From a virus (lineage: Duplodnaviria > Caudoviricetes), in IMG/VR virus record IMGVR_UViG_3300017989_000118, positions 1-62,974 of that record: a stretch of DNA of 62,974 nucleotides; one strand, 5' to 3'. Numbering within the stretch: position 1 is the first letter of the stretch; the number at the start of each line of letters is the position of its first letter. The notes below the pieces were generated by a model. That model was not told the origin of the DNA and did not search any database. It worked only from the letters and a program-made list of their open reading frames with translations. The translations under genes were made by a program, and so were the position numbers. Positions 49,601 through 58,226 of this stretch are shown here, piece by piece.

Positions 49601-52600
49601 TACAGGTTCGGCGGTCGGAACCGGCTCGTCGAGGAAACCGTGCTCCCCGAGACGATTGCCTCGTGCGATCCGGTCAAGGAGGAGATTCCCGGCACAGGGG
49701 AGTTCGTGAGGTTCGGCGGCGTCATAAGGCTCGATGCGTCGGGTCCGGAGTTCGAGGACGATATCTTCTTCTTCGCCACAGACAAGGCAGGAAACCGGAG
49801 CGACATTCAGAAGGCCACCATACGCGTGCGGATTTCCTCCGCCGAGGCCGACATATCTCCGCCCACGATACGGGACATCGTGCCTAAGAGCGGCAAGATA
49901 GACGTGTCCCGCAACGCGCACATCCAGTTCTTCATTCAGGACGACGACAGTGGCGTAGACATCGACAGCGTAGTCGTGTCGGTGAACGGGGTAGAGTTCC
50001 TGCTGGAGAGCCGGCCAGCGATACAACTGCGGTACACCCCTCCCGCGGAACGGAACGACATAGAGTACCTCTATGCGTCGGTGGTGAACAACAACCTCAT
50101 CCTCCAGGACAACATGGGGGTGCATTCCTTCCTGGACGGGACCGTGCTTCGGGAGGCGAGGATCAGCTTTGACGACGACGGCTACGACACCGTGGAGGAG
50201 GTAATCGGATTCCTCGACAGGATACCCGGCATGACGGCCGCCTTGTCCTCCGCGAGCCTGGCCACGCTGGACTCGAAGCTGTTGCGGGATGTCCGCGATG
50301 TGAAGATTTTCGACAGAAGCGATCCGGCGGTAGGCTCCCTGACTCAAGTCACGCTGCTCAGCCTGCTTGAAGAAAACCCGCAATTCGCGTATTCGGAGAG
50401 GAGCAAGGGGTATGTGGTTGACATCAACCCCCGTGCCCTTTTCGACAGTCGCGGCGAGGTGGCGGTCCAAGTGGACGCGAAAGACCATGTCGGCAACGCG
50501 ATGGAAACGATGTCGATGACATTCCAGGCGCAGCAGATGCGCACCCTGTCCGCCGACAGCAGGAACGACATGGTTCGCAGGTCAAAGCGATTCATAGACC
50601 GGCTACACGACAACACCGCCAGCAACTACAGGAAGAACTGGTTCACGAATGTCGCGGGCTTCTTCAAGGCGTGCGGGCAGGAGTATGCCACGATGGAGCA
50701 GTCGGCCGTTAGGGCGTTGTCCAACGCCCGGTTCGACACCGTCGATGCGGAGCATCTTTACCGGAACTTCGGCTCCCCGATGGCGGTGCCGGGCACCCAA
50801 TTCATCAGCCATCAGGCCTACCAGCAGCTACTCTTCAGCCTGCGCAACGCGTACCTAGGGGGCAGCAACCCGGTCACATTCCGCACTGTCCTGTCGGCCT
50901 GGGCGCCGGGCGGCGTGGAAGTGGTCGATTTCGTGAACTTCAGCAACGACATAGCCGACCAGCACAAGATACGGGTGTCGATTTTCTACGACGAGGAGCT
51001 GCGAAGGCATGTGGTAACCCACCCGGATCCGCTCAAGTCCGGGGTGTACGATTTCATACGCGAGTTCCGACCAGCGCACCTTAGTTACGGGGAGCCGGTA
51101 TTCGCGTTTGGCGAACAATTTGATTTTCAGGCAGGCTGCGAACCCATCTGCGTGACCGCGGAGGGCTTCAGGGCCACCCGGCTCATAGTCGAACCCGCCG
51201 CCGTAAAGGTTACAATCTCGGGCGAGTCCACCGAGTCCGTTGTTTCCCGACTTCGCGCCGCCGGCCTTGAGCTGTGCAGCACGAGTGACCTGATTGTGGA
51301 GGCCGGATCTGGGTTGTGCTCGACCGAGATAACCAGCACGCAGACGGTCATTCGCGGGTTCGCGCAGCGGTCGAGGCTGGACGCCATAGCAAGGGACCCG
51401 GCCGTGCTTGAAGTAGCCATCGAAGCCGACGCCTGCCGTTGCGTGCGCAACTGCGACGGCGGGTGCGTCCGCGGCGTTCCGCCCGAGATGAGCGAGGTGG
51501 TTTCCTGCTGCTCCGGAGAGAACTCGCCGCAGATACTGTGGGGGCAGGTCGGAGAAATCGACGACTCCAATATGGAGTTCACCATAAGGCTGAGACAAGG
51601 CACGGGCGGTAGCACCGGTCTGGTAGACGCGGGTTCGCACCCGCCAGAGTTCATCGAGGTGAGGGTGTTCGCCGAGGAGGGACAACACAGCGTAGCGAGG
51701 AGGACATACCAATCCCCGGACGGCTGCGGCAAGATTGCGTCATACGAGTGCGTGGACTTCACCGATATACAGCCGGGCGACTGCATCGTCGCCACAGGGG
51801 CGTTCATAGGGCGTACGCCGGTGTTCAAGGATGGCCCGTGGTTCAACCTGTGGCTAACGCCGGAGACGTACTCGGTCATCCGAGGATGCGATCCGTCGTT
51901 GCCGGAGGAGATAGCGACATTTGACGAAGACGGCGATGTCTCGGGCGGGTATGTAGGCCTCGACAAGTCCGGAGCCACCCGGACGCCTCCGTACACTGAC
52001 TACCAGAGATCCGTGGTCATGTCGGACGAGCTGTCTAAGGAGCCATCCCAACGCAGCCTGCTGGTGCCCGGCCACACCTCGTTCCGCGAGATCGTGGCCA
52101 CGCTGGAGGCCTGCCCGGAGAGCGGTTGCGAACTCAAGGTGAAGAGCAGCCCCACCGCGATATGCGAGTGCCTTCTGGCCAGCCTGCAACTCCTATTCTG
52201 CGAGAACACGCGAAAAGGCAGCAGTGAGGTCGAGGGTGTAGCCGCGCCGTGGAGGTCGGATGTCACCGACCAGTGGGACGGGACGGGCGTGTACTCGGTC
52301 CGCCCCCCGATGCTGTCCCCGAGCGAGTTCGGCGGCGACCTGAGACTGGCCTCGGAAGCACACGAAGTTCTCGCGTATGTGGGCTGCGAACTCGCGGAAA
52401 TCTCGTCCTTCGATGCGGTGAGAGGCGTCGTCTGCCTGAAAGAGGTGCCGCAGCGGGGGCAGCGGGTCGTGCTGCTGCATTACGGCAACATGCACGCATC
52501 CGTGGAGTCGGACAAGTACCACTTCACGGTGCAGGACGACGGCAGCATGGATTTGCTGGACCGCTCGACGCTCGGCAGGGACAGGTTCCGCATCGGCCTC

Positions 52601-53473
52601 GACGAAGGCGGAAAATTGAGCACGCCCGAGTCGGGTCGCGATGTCCAATCCCTCAGGAAACAGCACATACCCCGCGGCGCCTGTGAGCCATTGGAGGCCG
52701 TGAACGAGCGCAACAAGGAGTTCTCGGTTACTAGCTGCCTCGTCGAGCCGAACCAGCCGCAACCGCCGGAGCAGTGCCTCGGCGTGGAGCCCTTCGGTGA
52801 GCAGGGCTACAACGACACGCGGCTGGAGCCACACACGCTCAACCAGGACTTCCTGCTTAACGCGTTTCCGGGCCTACGGAAGTCAAGTCCGTTCCACGCG
52901 CCGGTCTCGGACCACATGCCATCGGCATGCATCGAGTTCCAGGAGATCAACATACGAAGGTCGTGGAACGACGCCAAGTCGGCCACCAACGATCCGGGTC
53001 CGAGGAGGCAGGAGGTAGACTTCATCGACGGACCCAAGCTCCCGGAGAGGGAGGTCGATTACACAGAGGTCTGCGTATGCGGCCAGTATTACTACGACGG
53101 TTCGTACATCAACATATACGGCGATCTGCTGGAGGAGACCCTGCGGGTACGGCGACAGAGGTTCGGGTTCAGGGATCATGACACCAGCGTGATTCATTAC
53201 GCCGTCGAGGAGGCAATAGTGCCGGTTCCGGGGTTCGTCTGCTACGGATACGAGGCGGAGGTGCACGGGTACACGTATTTCCCGTACTATCACTACCTCG
53301 GTTGCCGGAGCACGCCGGAGTCCGGCGACGGCCCGGCCACCTCGGGCGGGTGCCCAACGGTTTTCCAGAGGAATCCGTGGATAGACTCGCTGTTCGGACC
53401 CAGGGAAGAGCCGTTCTGGGCGATAGAAGGCGACGCGGATCCATTCCCAATCGGAACCCCATTGGCCAGTTGA
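46643..53473 (+). CDS. Very large (2276 aa) baseplate wedge (gp7/gpI-like) multidomain protein with Ig-like repeats
   Basis: Follows baseplate J; LYRNFGS...EFRPAH wedge-like core; repeated D..SGV...Y, A.D.AGN and DxxPPT Ig-like motifs; Cys-rich C-terminal third. Confidence 0.7.
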   Translation: MTRREAPKTTLIVEFPPDGRADWYVTNPDITFEVSNPVDGAVYRTLYRWDGLGEEVEWDGSAIRVPSDGQHILEYRSVTVLTDDFPVTPGRTLVPVPRYFAELPKRYLLKLDTTQPKVGSGLTDLFDSRVLITDDFFVNDGSAVLTSVMPGKASGWVLLRDPESAPPDSSFPVLEPDANGKYTLEIDARRPVPGSLVLRPLSESGAPLVEHVDYKADYFESSGRVFVESMGDSWPVGGEMFWELGTRDVVRYENRDGRQRFTVRFPSRIRNMTVGTPQEGESVDTGLVETEVASLLLDVVLVDDNGLGRPASPATFELTAESDGRVFLKNNSASDFSPGVARNLRVRGVQVRVALERVNFVDDGTAFMLDEGTGKLYSPPNFSLDFDPSSQLLHVVRSSGDIPYDSDLVLEMKLESRSESSKYVDFSTYNDPSSTRRFVINKEQSVWYYSRDECAKPTEESVANVVVNEIESGIDRVHYTFNGDSPTDGDSYIESPSAVLPAPSSYRNRFVFKWLAVDRAGNSDSGFFTNVGDALTAPLVLPDRFLAKPIERIHFAPDGEPLSESSPSITQSGDFIVIEKGVCQGCVDVNFLVVYADHTSASGSASVCVYNDFLIGSFVPQIVSEFAPGDPDSKSRQWYRGFRPIVVLPIFGPRPSDLAPETPFPSKIFWKWSDEDVYREYTEPFTFRDVGENVLNLYVSFIDAEGNGTESDSFRFTYYWDNERPDVGDNSEAKWLNRDATIFFTFSEDGSGVKALYYRVWKETLDAPPGQNPDAQGLVDLNDVVAFFVARDPEELADLQPQDLTDEQIDEFLRLQYLPPVESMDEWALSGGVENPGVKVEDQRTVDGETFTGINARISPCSPGETEEACSSFADGSNCRLRKMDLEKAPFIRLCDPGRYHIAVFAIDNANNVSAADVGVSSESLRPVFTEYVVQIDQTPPTASLAFDRPSVTTELADGTKLIELESYPDIDLIAVDLESGVEASFYRFGGRNRLVEETVLPETIASCDPVKEEIPGTGEFVRFGGVIRLDASGPEFEDDIFFFATDKAGNRSDIQKATIRVRISSAEADISPPTIRDIVPKSGKIDVSRNAHIQFFIQDDDSGVDIDSVVVSVNGVEFLLESRPAIQLRYTPPAERNDIEYLYASVVNNNLILQDNMGVHSFLDGTVLREARISFDDDGYDTVEEVIGFLDRIPGMTAALSSASLATLDSKLLRDVRDVKIFDRSDPAVGSLTQVTLLSLLEENPQFAYSERSKGYVVDINPRALFDSRGEVAVQVDAKDHVGNAMETMSMTFQAQQMRTLSADSRNDMVRRSKRFIDRLHDNTASNYRKNWFTNVAGFFKACGQEYATMEQSAVRALSNARFDTVDAEHLYRNFGSPMAVPGTQFISHQAYQQLLFSLRNAYLGGSNPVTFRTVLSAWAPGGVEVVDFVNFSNDIADQHKIRVSIFYDEELRRHVVTHPDPLKSGVYDFIREFRPAHLSYGEPVFAFGEQFDFQAGCEPICVTAEGFRATRLIVEPAAVKVTISGESTESVVSRLRAAGLELCSTSDLIVEAGSGLCSTEITSTQTVIRGFAQRSRLDAIARDPAVLEVAIEADACRCVRNCDGGCVRGVPPEMSEVVSCCSGENSPQILWGQVGEIDDSNMEFTIRLRQGTGGSTGLVDAGSHPPEFIEVRVFAEEGQHSVARRTYQSPDGCGKIASYECVDFTDIQPGDCIVATGAFIGRTPVFKDGPWFNLWLTPETYSVIRGCDPSLPEEIATFDEDGDVSGGYVGLDKSGATRTPPYTDYQRSVVMSDELSKEPSQRSLLVPGHTSFREIVATLEACPESGCELKVKSSPTAICECLLASLQLLFCENTRKGSSEVEGVAAPWRSDVTDQWDGTGVYSVRPPMLSPSEFGGDLRLASEAHEVLAYVGCELAEISSFDAVRGVVCLKEVPQRGQRVVLLHYGNMHASVESDKYHFTVQDDGSMDLLDRSTLGRDRFRIGLDEGGKLSTPESGRDVQSLRKQHIPRGACEPLEAVNERNKEFSVTSCLVEPNQPQPPEQCLGVEPFGEQGYNDTRLEPHTLNQDFLLNAFPGLRKSSPFHAPVSDHMPSACIEFQEINIRRSWNDAKSATNDPGPRRQEVDFIDGPKLPEREVDYTEVCVCGQYYYDGSYINIYGDLLEETLRVRRQRFGFRDHDTSVIHYAVEEAIVPVPGFVCYGYEAEVHGYTYFPYYHYLGCRSTPESGDGPATSGGCPTVFQRNPWIDSLFGPREEPFWAIEGDADPFPIGTPLAS

Positions 53474-53488
53474 CAGGTAGAATGCGTT

Positions 53489-53704
53489 ATGCGTGACACG
53501 GAACAGAGCGAAAGACTGCGGCGCCTGCGGCGAATGCTCGGCGGAGACTGCTCCCGCCCCCCGCAGGCAGAGGACATCGGTCGGCGCGGGAACCAGTCGG
53601 ACGACGCAATCGAGGCCGTCATCATCCACCCGGATGGTCGGAGGGAGCGGCTCGGGATGTCTCGCAGCGACGCGAAAGGAGGAGACGGTGAATCGTCCGT
53701 TTAG
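53489..53704 (+). CDS. Small hypothetical protein
   Basis: 71 aa; EAVIIHPDGRRERL resembles GEMQYPDGRIDRR of the next gene. Confidence 0.4.
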   Translation: MRDTEQSERLRRLRRMLGGDCSRPPQAEDIGRRGNQSDDAIEAVIIHPDGRRERLGMSRSDAKGGDGESSV

Positions 53705-54218
53705 CGAATGGGTCACGAAGAATCTCGGTGGCGGCGTGGTGGCCGGCGAGATGCAGTATCCGGATGGTCGTATCGATCGGCGATTCATTGGGCACAACGT
53801 CATCGTCCAAGACGCCAGCCTGCTGATCGCGCAGTTGTGCAAGGGCGAGGATGTGGACGGATTTACTCACTTGGCCGTAGGTGTCGGCGCGCCCACATGG
53901 GACAAGTTCGACCCCCCGCCCGAGAGCCCGTTGATATCCCGGCTGGAGAGCGAGGTGGTCAGGGTCGCTGCGGACGACATCTATTATGTCAAGGAGGACG
54001 GGAGCGGCGCCCCGTCCGAATCTCGAACCAGGATCGTCGATTTTCTGTTCACCTTCACCGAGTCGCAGGCCAACGCGCCACTGGTCGAGCAGGGGCTTTT
54101 CGGCGGCGCCAACGCCTCCCTGCCCAACAGCGGCACGATGGTCAACTACCGGACGCACAGCGTCTGGAACAAGCCAGTAGGGGCCAGGTTGAGCATGCTG
54201 TGGCGGTTCACCTTCTAG
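53688..54218 (+). CDS. Tail collar/fibre-base-like baseplate protein
   Basis: HNVIV...THLAVGVG...LESE..R...FTESQANAPLVEQGLFGG...MVNY....VWNK pattern; AGGAGG SD. Confidence 0.7.
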   Translation: MNRPFSEWVTKNLGGGVVAGEMQYPDGRIDRRFIGHNVIVQDASLLIAQLCKGEDVDGFTHLAVGVGAPTWDKFDPPPESPLISRLESEVVRVAADDIYYVKEDGSGAPSESRTRIVDFLFTFTESQANAPLVEQGLFGGANASLPNSGTMVNYRTHSVWNKPVGARLSMLWRFTF

Positions 54219-54282
54219 GCGCGCCGCCCTTGTATTCTTTAACCGACACCACGACAGGCGTGCCAGTTGGCGGGAGGGTGCA

Positions 54283-57200
54283 GTGACAGCCAAAAACTTC
54301 GGAACAGGGGTCTCAAGGTCAGTCGATCCGGCTGACCGATCTTGGCTGCATGTCGTGCTCAACCAAGGTCGTCCGGCCTTGGAGTACGAGATCAACCTGA
54401 TTCAGGACATCGGGTTCGCTCGGATAGCCGAGGGGCACAAGGCGGTTCTCCCGTCGGGTTTCCTGTCGTTGCCGAGTATAGCCTTCGCGAATGAGGCGAA
54501 CACCTTCTACCTGCCCGCCGCCAAGGCGGAAACCGTTTCGTACGCCGTGGAGGACCTCGCCGCCGGCTCGTCCATCTCCAACCGCGTGGTCCGCGTTTTC
54601 GAGGAGCGAGCGAGGGTGGTAGCCGTCCGAGTGGTCAACCAGTCGGTCGCGGCAGCCGGCATCGATGACGGAAACACCTGCGAGGTGACCTTGTCTACGG
54701 CGGAAGGCACCATAGCGACCGAGACATTCGACTCCACGACGGCATTTCCCGCCGCCAACACGCAGCACGATTTAGGCTCGGTGGGCAACGCGCATGTGCG
54801 CCCCGGCTCAGCGGCGCTCCTGTCCGTCGCCAACGGCCCGACGGCCAACCCTGGTCCGTTCCTGATCGAGGTTGATTACGTCGCCGATGAGCCGATGATG
54901 GCCAATGTGGCGGGGTGGAACGTGCCTGTTCGCGGGACACAGGCGGAGGATTTCCAAGGAGGCACGCTCAACAACCTCGGAAACAAGATTTCGCTTTCCG
55001 CCGCCCCCTCCACGGGCTCCAGGACCGATCTCGTATATCTGGAGGTTTGGCTGGCCCTGGTGACCGGAAACTCCGACAGCCCGCCCATCAAGCCGCCGAG
55101 CGTCAGCAGGCTGGACACGGCCGGCCGAGTGTTCCAGAAGAGCCAAGTGTGGCCATTCGGGAACATCCTGTACGGCGGAACGACGCTTGACGACGATATC
55201 GTCGATCCCGATGTGAGCCTCGAAACAACCAAGCGGGTTCAATTGCAGTACGCAATCCGGACCTTCGAGGGCGTTGACCTGGACACTTACCCCCGCGGGC
55301 TTGGCGACCCCAACATAGCAGGGATTGGACCCCAAGAGATGGTGACCGTCGTGTACGGCACACCGTTCCGGAACGCTGGAGAAGAATCCGGCGACCACGG
55401 ACTCTGGATATCGGAAACCCCAGACTTGACGGTGGACGGTAAGGTGTACGCGATCCCCATCTGCGCCATCCACAGGCGCAATTCCGGGGGATTCCGCGCC
55501 AATGATGATCCGAGTCCGAACCCGAACGGCAGCTCTCCGTCCGACAGCGAGGATTTGGGGCTGCGACCAGACGGTTTCGCATCGGACCGCATCGTGCCAT
55601 CCGACATCATCGACCTAAGGCACAAATCCGTCCTGTCGCCGGCCACCGCCTCCTCCGCAATCGTCAGATCGCAGCGGGACGCATTCGCGGGGACCCTCCA
55701 CACTTCGTTCGGCAGCGCCGGCGTGTCGCCGGACGTGTCCGGTTCGACAGTCTCCACCCAGAAGGAGATTGTGTCCAGCGCGAGCCTGAACCCGGCCGTG
55801 AGCGAGCACATCGGCTCCTGCGACGGGCTGCGGAGGGTATTCTCCGCCGCCCCAACGGCAGAGAAGAACATCTTCATGGCCATCAGCCAGAACCTGGATG
55901 TGCCGCCGGACCCGGAGTTCGGTTTCGGACTGCCGTCCTGGCTGCAACAGCAACCCGATCCCGCGAACACGATAGAACTCACGCTCCCGGCCGAGTCGAG
56001 CGCCAAGTTCAGCGCCCGTCCGCCAAGAGGCATACTCAGCGAGACCCAAGAGGAAATCGTGTTCAATGCCGTCACGCTTGGCCCGAACGGCAAGTCGATG
56101 AAGCTTGAGTTCGGAGTCGGATCATACAGGACGGACGGCAACCTCAACGGGCGACATTATCCCCAGGATGTGTGGCTGTACTTTGACATCGAGGTCCCGG
56201 CCACTATCGGCATAAGGTCGGAGCCGCTGGAGATGCAGAGTCCCCACGCGACGGCAATCGCGACCAACAAACTGAACCCCGGCACCACCCAGCGGGTCGC
56301 GGCCACGTCACGGGAGAGCTCCGCCAACGGCAGCAAGATGAACAACACGCACTACGGCACCCTCTACGCCGCCACGCTCGATTTTCGCATGGTCGAGACG
56401 ACCCGGCGACTCGCCGCCCCGCTTCGGGACGCGACCGAGGACGGCTTCTTCTCGGGCATGTTCGACTTGGATTCGTACATCGGCGACGCAGATCCGAAGC
56501 CAGTGCCAGATGAGCGACTCACGGTCGATTTCCTGAAGAAGCGGTTGGACGGCGTGATCGATCTCGACGACGACCTGCTCAACATCGATGCGGGCTGGGT
56601 GTCCGGTCGCCGCGCCATGTTCGTCCGTCCCCTGAACGCGACCACGAAGTCCGGGGGCACGGGCAAGGACATCGAGTTCGCCATGAGTTCGCACGCATTC
56701 TATGTCCTGCGCGACGCGTCTTTGCCCGCATCGGTCCCGTTGTTCACTCTGCTTTCGCCGCTTCCGATTGTGCATCTGCGCGGCGCGTATATCCGGGAGC
56801 CGGGGACGACTACCCCGCTGCAACTGGACGCCGCCGATTACACGGAAGGGGTATCCGGCGAGGTCTGCGGGCGACTGATTCCTGATCCGGACGACCCCGG
56901 CGCGACGGATGAGTTCATCATTCCGGCCGGCATCGTCGAGCGCCCCGGCACGAGCACATACCGCCTCACCGACAGCAGCGACCCATTGCAGGGCACGGTG
57001 CCGCTGGCCACGAATGTGATGCAGGTGCTCGGGATAGACAAATGGGACGCCAACGGTTCGCAGTGGGTGCCCAAATACAAGGCGGGCCTCCTGAAGAAGG
57101 CGTTCGTGAACAACGACGCCACGGTGAGCCTGAACATGATTGTGCCCGTCTACATCCGTGAGGGAGGGATCACGAACCAGATCGCACTCCTGAAGCGGAC

Positions 57201-58167
57201 GGAAAGGTCCGGCGCCTCGCCACTGTACGAGATTTTCGAGTTCAGCATCGATCCGTCGGCGGAGGGCTATGTGGGTGCGGGCACGCCCGCCGATCCTTGG
57301 AGGTATCGGATAAGGTACCGCGCGGTCCCCAACACGGGTTCGCCATGGGGTCCGCTGGACACCGATTTCGACATCGAGTACAGCAAGTACATATCCGCGA
57401 TGAGGCAGCAGGACTCGGACCCGGTGTCGCCGGGACGGAATGCCTTTGTGGCCGCCGGCCTTCGCAACGGGCACGAGGTCTTCTTCGACGCCGATATCAG
57501 GGTGTCCCTGCCGATAGACGCGGAGGTTGCCACCCCGATAATCAGCGTGCCGCCCAGTAGCGGCGGGCGGCCTGCGCAGACAGCGGCGTTCGATCCGGGT
57601 GCGAGGACATTCAAGGTATCCTCGGTGTCCGCCGAGATGGTCGTGACATCGGCCTCCCCGGCAAGGCTGGGCGACGCCGTGCTTCCCGATTCCGCCGCAA
57701 ACGCCACGGACAATGTGTTCGTGCAGCCGGCGCAGGGCGGCACGGACTTCCAGTCTGAGGCCCTTGGGGACTCCGGATCAGCCGTGCTGAGGCTGCCAGT
57801 ACTCGGTTCCGCCGGCCGCGACGCCGTGGAGACGCTCAGCGGCATCGAGGTGCGGCTCAGCGGGTCGAACGGGGTGTTCAATGCCGTTCTGGACACATCC
57901 GGCGCCCCCATAAGGGTGGCGGCTTCCGCAGGTCCGCTGACGGCGCAGGGCGATCTGGCGGCGTACCTCCCGGTCACGGCTGTGGCGGACACGGGCGAGG
58001 TGGTCCTGCTGATGCTGTCCCAGCGGAACTCGGCTGACCCGGGTAGCGGTATGTTTGACGGCACCCCCTCAGTGGACACCGGGGCCGAGGGGTTCGCCGC
58101 GACGGTTTACAGGCCCTGGGGGAGGCCGCTGGTGAAGGGTCGTGGGATCGACGCGCACTCCGCCTAG
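54283..58167 (+). CDS. Large baseplate/fibre-associated protein, DUF6519/DUF4815-like N-terminus
   Basis: VVLNQGRPALEYEINLIQD; RTDLVYLEVW; ETTKRVQLQY; VDGKVYAIPICAIHRRN; RPDG...D.I...DIIDLRH. Confidence 0.7.
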   Translation: MTAKNFGTGVSRSVDPADRSWLHVVLNQGRPALEYEINLIQDIGFARIAEGHKAVLPSGFLSLPSIAFANEANTFYLPAAKAETVSYAVEDLAAGSSISNRVVRVFEERARVVAVRVVNQSVAAAGIDDGNTCEVTLSTAEGTIATETFDSTTAFPAANTQHDLGSVGNAHVRPGSAALLSVANGPTANPGPFLIEVDYVADEPMMANVAGWNVPVRGTQAEDFQGGTLNNLGNKISLSAAPSTGSRTDLVYLEVWLALVTGNSDSPPIKPPSVSRLDTAGRVFQKSQVWPFGNILYGGTTLDDDIVDPDVSLETTKRVQLQYAIRTFEGVDLDTYPRGLGDPNIAGIGPQEMVTVVYGTPFRNAGEESGDHGLWISETPDLTVDGKVYAIPICAIHRRNSGGFRANDDPSPNPNGSSPSDSEDLGLRPDGFASDRIVPSDIIDLRHKSVLSPATASSAIVRSQRDAFAGTLHTSFGSAGVSPDVSGSTVSTQKEIVSSASLNPAVSEHIGSCDGLRRVFSAAPTAEKNIFMAISQNLDVPPDPEFGFGLPSWLQQQPDPANTIELTLPAESSAKFSARPPRGILSETQEEIVFNAVTLGPNGKSMKLEFGVGSYRTDGNLNGRHYPQDVWLYFDIEVPATIGIRSEPLEMQSPHATAIATNKLNPGTTQRVAATSRESSANGSKMNNTHYGTLYAATLDFRMVETTRRLAAPLRDATEDGFFSGMFDLDSYIGDADPKPVPDERLTVDFLKKRLDGVIDLDDDLLNIDAGWVSGRRAMFVRPLNATTKSGGTGKDIEFAMSSHAFYVLRDASLPASVPLFTLLSPLPIVHLRGAYIREPGTTTPLQLDAADYTEGVSGEVCGRLIPDPDDPGATDEFIIPAGIVERPGTSTYRLTDSSDPLQGTVPLATNVMQVLGIDKWDANGSQWVPKYKAGLLKKAFVNNDATVSLNMIVPVYIREGGITNQIALLKRTERSGASPLYEIFEFSIDPSAEGYVGAGTPADPWRYRIRYRAVPNTGSPWGPLDTDFDIEYSKYISAMRQQDSDPVSPGRNAFVAAGLRNGHEVFFDADIRVSLPIDAEVATPIISVPPSSGGRPAQTAAFDPGARTFKVSSVSAEMVVTSASPARLGDAVLPDSAANATDNVFVQPAQGGTDFQSEALGDSGSAVLRLPVLGSAGRDAVETLSGIEVRLSGSNGVFNAVLDTSGAPIRVAASAGPLTAQGDLAAYLPVTAVADTGEVVLLMLSQRNSADPGSGMFDGTPSVDTGAEGFAATVYRPWGRPLVKGRGIDAHSA

Positions 58168-58226
58168 GAGTCCGGTCGACCCCTTTCTAATGTTTTCAGT
58201 CGGCTGCGGTGTCGGGAGCAGGGTGA

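Noticed and set aside
20851-53484. TAGAATG at about 20851, 40663 and 53479 as sigma70 promoters
   Set aside because: Only three copies and no correctly spaced -35 elements; too weak to call.
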